This document shows positions 15,106-20,000 of a stretch of DNA of 20,000 nt, in pieces; the first letter of the stretch is position 1, and each line of letters starts with the position of its first letter. The notes under the pieces are model-generated. The model saw only the letters and a list, made by a program, of their open reading frames with translations. It ran no database searches and was not told where the DNA came from. Source of the stretch: an uncultured virus (IMG/VR IMGVR_UViG_3300009151_004315) (lineage: Duplodnaviria; Heunggongvirae; Uroviricota; Caudoviricetes); IMG/VR virus record IMGVR_UViG_3300009151_004315, positions 58,316 to 78,315 of that record. The stretch is one strand, 5' to 3'. A program made the position numbers and the translations under genes.

Positions 15106-17469
15106 TTAGCTCATTATAGGTAATACTTCAATGTCCGTACCTTGATCGTACCCATTGTCTCTTAGCCATTGAATAGCTACACGATTAGCATCACGTTGAA
15201 CATTGCCTATGCCACTAAAACGATGTACTTCACGTCCGTCTGCCATTACTTTCCAAGCACCGGTGAATGAACCAGGTATTTGTCTTTGTTGTTGAATAGC
15301 ATTAGTGCTATCTGGGGCGGGTGCAGGTTGATCCATACGTGATAGACCATACCCTCGTCTATCAATACCCTGATCCAATAACCAAGCTTGAGCTTTTTCT
15401 CTCGCATCTTCAACTGATGTAGCTTGGAATGTATAAACTATACTTTGGTCTGCTGTTCTGTATAGTTTGTAATCTTGTGTTTCGCCACTTGGTTCATTAG
15501 TAGCACGAATTGGTTGTGCTAGTATAGGTTCACTATCACCAACACGTCTTATACCAAATATGTCTCTAGCTTGTCTTGCTGGAAATCTGTGTGGACCGTG
15601 TTCAAGATAATCATTTAGTCGAATCAATGCTTCTCTATCATTAGTAATGCCTTCAGCATCCTCTACCTTTCTATTAGTATCCAAATTAAATATTTCATAT
15701 TTTGGTTTATCATCTTTAGGTTCTTCAAACTTACGAACTGGATAAACAGCGGCAGCAGTTAATGCACCTAAACGAATGTTCCATTCATCTGATGCTTTTT
15801 GTAGTGCTTCTTCTTTACTTGTAGCAACAACTTCAATACTTGCACCACTACGGCCACGACCTTCTTTATCAACACGATACCAATACTTTTTGCCAACTTC
15901 ATTGTCAGCCTTTACTTTACGTTCTATCTGTGCTTGTTTAACAAAGCTACGTAATGCAGCCTTTGGTAACTCACCTGCGGCATACTTAGCAAAGTATTGA
16001 ATCGTATCTGTATTATCTTTACTTGGCTCTAATAACTTATAAAGTTTTTTTAGATATTCTTTTCTATACTTCTGTGGGTCAACTGCGGCATCCAGTGCTA
16101 CAACAAATCGTAACAGTGTGTTCTCAATCTTAGGTATATCAGTATCCAACCAATCACCTCCCGGGCTACGAAACTCAATGTAACCATCTTTAGTATTGAT
16201 ACTTGTATATTTGGCTGTTGAACCACTATGAACTAGTTTGCTAGCAATATCACTTAGTCCACTTTTCATTCCATCTAACAACTTTTTAGCGTTTGCTGGA
16301 TTTTCTCTAATGTTATCTTTAACTTGTTTCAACGCACTCTTGCAAAAAGTGTTACCTTCACGGTCGAACTCTTTCAATATATATTCGTCACCTAATAGTA
16401 ATGCTAGTTTAACATAGTCAAGCTTTTCTCTACTGAAGTCAGGAACACTTACGTTGATATGTAAGCCGGTACTATCATTCGTATAGCAACCTGTTTTCTT
16501 AGCCCAAGCAACAACTTTGTTGAAGTCAGTTATCATTTCATCTATTGGCATTGGTGGACTTACAAACTCTAATCCAGCAGAACTGTAATCATCTGGCTCT
16601 AAGCTACCATCAGGTTCAACTACATAGTGACCTGCTTCTCTACGAGCACCGTGATAACGTTCGCTTGTATTGACTGGCTTACCAATCATTCTACTGAACT
16701 CATCACCAACATCATCAACGCTTAAGTCACCACCATTGTCGGGATAAAACCAATGTGGCCAAGTAATATCATAGTTACTTTCAACGTCTTGCATTGTATA
16801 AAGACCTTCACTTTCTAACCAATCATTTTCGTCTGGCCAATCAGTTTCATCCATCCACTTTTCACGTGCATTGTCATACAATCTAGATTGTTCATCCCAT
16901 TCTTCTTCAACAAACTGGTCGAACTTTTCACTTGCTAAATCGTGTGCTTCTTTCCAGTGTTTCCAAGCTTCATTGCCTTCTGTTTCACTGCGTTTAGATA
17001 TCTTACCTGCTTTGTTCGCCGCTTCCTTTTGTTCATCTGTTAAGCCTAATTGGTCATACGCTTCATCAAGTGCGGCATCTTCATCAAACTCACCTTCACT
17101 TTCAATGTATTCACGTAGATAATCTTTACCTTCACTATCCCATTGTTCGCTACGTCTTTCATCTGCCCATTCGTGATAACCTTCAGTTAGCTCATCAACT
17201 AAACTATCTACTTCTCTAAGACCATTGTAGTTACGGTCATAGAAAAAGTTGCGTATGTTTTGAATACTACCAGCACTTTCATCACTATCATAGTCAGCTT
17301 CTGGATCTCCGTCACCTTCTTCTCGTTTAACGTTTGGAACAATCATCTCAAATTCCATACCAGCCTGAGCACCAGTCTTAGCAGCCTCTTGCTTTAACCG
17401 TGTAGGATTCATTGCTACTTCGTCAAGTATCTCTGTATCTTCTAATATTATAAAGTCTGTTGCTCTCAT
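15106..17469 (-). CDS. Putative amidoligase (COOH-NH2 ligase, Amidoligase_2-like) with acidic insertion and C-terminal extensions
   Basis: GMEFEM, EPDGSL, LEFVSP, STGLHINVS, KYTSIN and IEFRSPG in canonical order. Confidence 0.75.
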   Translation of the reverse strand: MRATDFIILEDTEILDEVAMNPTRLKQEAAKTGAQAGMEFEMIVPNVKREEGDGDPEADYDSDESAGSIQNIRNFFYDRNYNGLREVDSLVDELTEGYHEWADERRSEQWDSEGKDYLREYIESEGEFDEDAALDEAYDQLGLTDEQKEAANKAGKISKRSETEGNEAWKHWKEAHDLASEKFDQFVEEEWDEQSRLYDNAREKWMDETDWPDENDWLESEGLYTMQDVESNYDITWPHWFYPDNGGDLSVDDVGDEFSRMIGKPVNTSERYHGARREAGHYVVEPDGSLEPDDYSSAGLEFVSPPMPIDEMITDFNKVVAWAKKTGCYTNDSTGLHINVSVPDFSREKLDYVKLALLLGDEYILKEFDREGNTFCKSALKQVKDNIRENPANAKKLLDGMKSGLSDIASKLVHSGSTAKYTSINTKDGYIEFRSPGGDWLDTDIPKIENTLLRFVVALDAAVDPQKYRKEYLKKLYKLLEPSKDNTDTIQYFAKYAAGELPKAALRSFVKQAQIERKVKADNEVGKKYWYRVDKEGRGRSGASIEVVATSKEEALQKASDEWNIRLGALTAAAVYPVRKFEEPKDDKPKYEIFNLDTNRKVEDAEGITNDREALIRLNDYLEHGPHRFPARQARDIFGIRRVGDSEPILAQPIRATNEPSGETQDYKLYRTADQSIVYTFQATSVEDAREKAQAWLLDQGIDRRGYGLSRMDQPAPAPDSTNAIQQQRQIPGSFTGAWKVMADGREVHRFSGIGNVQRDANRVAIQWLRDNGYDQGTDIEVLPIMS

Positions 17470-17489
17470 TTTTATTTCATCTTTTTTGT

Positions 17490-18440
17490 TTAACCGTAGG
17501 CTGCGGCTGCTAAACTATCCCTAGCAGTACCTACACCTGTAGTATCAGTAGCAACAACGCCTGTGTTTGATACTAAATTGGTTATTGCAGTTACTGAGCC
17601 ACTATTACCATATCCAAATATAGCTTTATCAGCTCCATACCCGGCTGCTGAAAGAGCATACCTAGTAGTACCTACACCTGTAGTATTTGTAGCAACAACA
17701 CCGGTGTTACTTACTAAGTTGGTTGTTGCGGAAGGACCTACACTTGTGACATTTCCATACCCAAATATTGCTTTATCAGTACCATACCCTGCGGCTGCTA
17801 GATAATATCTAGCAAGACCAACTCCTGTTGTATCTGTAGCAACTACTCCTGCATTACTTACTAAATTAGTCATTGACACTCCGCTACCGACAAGACCATA
17901 TCCAAATATAGCTTTGTCAGTACCATAACCTGCAGCCGCAAGGGCAAACCTAGCAGTACCAACACCAGTGGTATCTATGGCAACTACACCAGTGTTTGAT
18001 ACTAGATTGGTCATTGACAATCCGGTAAAACTTATGTTAGCACCATATCCAAATATAGCTTTATCGGTGCCATATCCAGCGGCTGCAAGATAACCTCGCA
18101 CTGTACCTACACCCGTTGTATCGGTAGCTATTACGCCTGTGTTTGATACTAAGTTAGTTAGTGAATATGCAACGGTATAACTAGCATTAAACCCATATCC
18201 AAATATAGCTTTGTCAGTACCATAACCTGCTGCCGCAAGGCCTTCTCTAGCAGTACCCACACCTGTAACATCATTACCAACTACACCCGTGTTAGATACT
18301 AGATTAGTTATTGCTGTAACTGTACCGGTAGTTCCATATCCAAAGATAGCCTTTTGAGTGCCACCACCTCCACCCCCGCCACCAGGTGTAAACGTCCATC
18401 CGCCACTAAATGTTAATCCACCTGTTATTGTTACTGTCAT
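17490..18440 (-). CDS. Six-repeat probable beta-propeller protein, paralog B
   Basis: Six copies of the same repeat as 11463-12416, with an MTVTITGGLTF leader and a poly-Gly linker. Confidence 0.8.
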   Translation of the reverse strand: MTVTITGGLTFSGGWTFTPGGGGGGGGTQKAIFGYGTTGTVTAITNLVSNTGVVGNDVTGVGTAREGLAAAGYGTDKAIFGYGFNASYTVAYSLTNLVSNTGVIATDTTGVGTVRGYLAAAGYGTDKAIFGYGANISFTGLSMTNLVSNTGVVAIDTTGVGTARFALAAAGYGTDKAIFGYGLVGSGVSMTNLVSNAGVVATDTTGVGLARYYLAAAGYGTDKAIFGYGNVTSVGPSATTNLVSNTGVVATNTTGVGTTRYALSAAGYGADKAIFGYGNSGSVTAITNLVSNTGVVATDTTGVGTARDSLAAAAYG

Positions 18441-18441
18441 A

Positions 18442-19317
18442 TTATGTTGCCTTTTTCAACTTATTCCATTTATCATATATATAGTTTTTCAACTCTATTG
18501 TATTTTTAATTTCATTGTCGTTCATGTATTTAATCAACTTCACAGCACTAGCTCTATCTCCTGCATCTGGCTTACGTGCGTTACTTAAATCAACACCTAT
18601 GTTATGATCGCCTGTAGTATCGTGATACCATAACAGGTTCTTTAGTTGTCTCTTTGCTCTATCGCTTAGATATTCCTCTTTGTCTTTTTCAATCAACTCA
18701 ATCCAAGGCTTAACAAAGTCAGTTGGCTTACGAGTAGCACCTCTAGTTGGTTGACCCTTCAATACATCTTTGGCTTGACTTGGCTGAACACTCTTACGTG
18801 TATCTAATAATCTCCAAGCACTCTCATTTGTATAAAGATATGCTGGTATATCTTTTTGTTTAGCTGTTATCATTATTTGCCGTGTTTGTGGGCTACGATA
18901 TTCATTTTGTTCTTTTAATAAGATATGTATCTCTGTAACAGGTGTCATTGGTATACTTGGCTCTTTGCTGAACACTCTATCTTCTGATTCACGTGTTCTA
19001 GTACCATCACTTTTTAACCAAGCACTATTCCAATAGTCTATTGGCTTAACAATGTATCTACTGTTGAACCAATCACCGTTCATTTTAAACATTACACCAC
19101 CCGTACCAACATATCTATGATAGTCACCAGTCGGTGTTCTTGTTAAACTTAAGAAGTATGGATAACCTTTTGGTGCATAATCTTCTTCGCTACTATTACC
19201 TGTTACACTTGCTAGTTCAAAGTTACCTGATTGTAGAATCTTTAATGCGGCATTGGTACTAGTGTAATGAAATACTACGCTGGTTGCACGTTCTATTAAA
19301 AACTCGTTTGCTCTCAT
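18442..19317 (-). CDS. Hypothetical protein, possible ADP-ribosyltransferase-like fold
   Basis: MRANEFLIE leader, then FHYT...FLSLTR...ESEDRV spaced like ART strand motifs. The function is inferred only. Confidence 0.6.
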   Translation of the reverse strand: MRANEFLIERATSVVFHYTSTNAALKILQSGNFELASVTGNSSEEDYAPKGYPYFLSLTRTPTGDYHRYVGTGGVMFKMNGDWFNSRYIVKPIDYWNSAWLKSDGTRTRESEDRVFSKEPSIPMTPVTEIHILLKEQNEYRSPQTRQIMITAKQKDIPAYLYTNESAWRLLDTRKSVQPSQAKDVLKGQPTRGATRKPTDFVKPWIELIEKDKEEYLSDRAKRQLKNLLWYHDTTGDHNIGVDLSNARKPDAGDRASAVKLIKYMNDNEIKNTIELKNYIYDKWNKLKKAT

Positions 19318-19324
19318 TATGTTA

Positions 19325-20000
19325 TTAATATGTTGGTAATGCCGCTGTGGGTGGCGTGAATGTGGTGGTGTATCTGGCCAAGCCTTTTGTGATGCGGAGA
19401 TCGTCTATATAACCATTTAAATCATATACGTTATCTATAGTTTTACCTACTCTCAATGGACCTGTTGGCATCATACTGGTTGAGTTTGCACCGCTATAGC
19501 CCTGTACTCCATCATTGAATATTCGTAATGTTCCACTTGCTCTACAAATTGCAATATGAGTCCACGTGGCCGAAGCAACAGCAATTGAGCTGGCAATATC
19601 GCTTGCAATTAAAATATAAGGTTGATTGCTGGAATTTAACAGCACTGCCCAAGGCGATGCAGTTCCTGAACTTCTTGTGTCAAGTATTGTTTGATATGCT
19701 GATCCACCGGCTCTATAAAGCCAAAATTCTATTGTAAAATCTCCAGTACCAAATTGATTGGCCACAGAGAAAGGTGCAGTTAGATAATCACCTGTACCAT
19801 CGAACGCCATACTTGATCCGCCAAATTTTGATTGTGCAGTAGAGATTTTGGCATCACCCACTGTTTCCAAGTTGTTCATCATTGCATTGTCAATGATACC
19901 AGCGTTGGTGTAGTTGAGTAGTAGGCTTGTGTTTGTGATTGCTGTTAGTGGTGATGTGGGTACGGTTACAGTGGTAACACCCGAACCTTTAACTATGCGA
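19325..20000 (-). CDS. Concanavalin A-like/LamG domain protein, C-terminal part (runs off window end)
   Basis: The frame stays open to the window end (RIVKGSGVTTVTVPTSPLTAITNTSLLLNYTNAG...). GDFTIEFW, WTHIAICR and NGYIDDLRITKG are LamG motifs, and the upstream text resembles the end of another LamG repeat. Confidence 0.85.
   Translation of the reverse strand, partial: RIVKGSGVTTVTVPTSPLTAITNTSLLLNYTNAGIIDNAMMNNLETVGDAKISTAQSKFGGSSMAFDGTGDYLTAPFSVANQFGTGDFTIEFWLYRAGGSAYQTILDTRSSGTASPWAVLLNSSNQPYILIASDIASSIAVASATWTHIAICRASGTLRIFNDGVQGYSGANSTSMMPTGPLRVGKTIDNVYDLNGYIDDLRITKGLARYTTTFTPPTAALPTY

Noticed and set aside
17470..17489. Mini-ORF ATG AAA TAA just upstream of the amidoligase start
   Set aside because: This is expected by chance in an A-rich spacer, and nothing supports a function.
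18358..18387. GC-rich low-complexity tract
   Set aside because: It simply encodes the poly-Gly linker of repeat protein B.
11463..18440. Repeats read as a CRISPR array or DGR template/variable pair
   Set aside because: The repeats are in-frame coding units of about 147 nt with synonymous divergence. Variation includes indels, is not adenine-specific by eye, and no reverse transcriptase or cas gene is in the window.
522..19737. All plus-strand ORFs in the track (e.g. 522-719, 940-1140, 7765-8040, 8131-8418, 11653-11880, 17563-17805, 18358-18588)
   Set aside because: They are antisense shadows of well-supported minus-strand genes and have no motifs.

Overview
AT-rich, gene-dense segment with every credible gene on the minus strand. 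It is best read as part of a large T4-like/jumbo tailed-phage genome. Left half (1-11.4 kb) is a replication and modification block. It holds a family-B DNA polymerase, a probable sliding clamp, a TGT/DpdA-family transglycosylase, QueD-like and FolE enzymes (7-deazaguanine pathway), a GT-B glycosyltransferase, three HxGH nucleotidyltransferase domains, an APS-kinase-like P-loop domain, the start of a sulfotransferase-like gene, an Hc1-like protein and a minimal TilS. Right half (11.4-20 kb) looks virion-associated. It holds two paralogous six-repeat proteins with hypervariable loops, a LamG protein, a signal-peptide-bearing nuclease and several enzymes sharing an N-terminal MRA(T/N)(E/D)F..E peptide that resembles T4 capsid-targeting sequences. 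Top leads: (1) a deazaguanine cluster interleaved with glycosylation and sulfation enzymes; (2) a kinase/nucleotidyltransferase fusion broken by the only TAG stop in the window; (3) a structured, possibly pseudoknotted intergenic RNA at about 13009-13098; (4) putative packaged enzymes, one with an internal twin-arginine motif before a GH19 domain. All calls come from motif recognition by eye; no searches were run.
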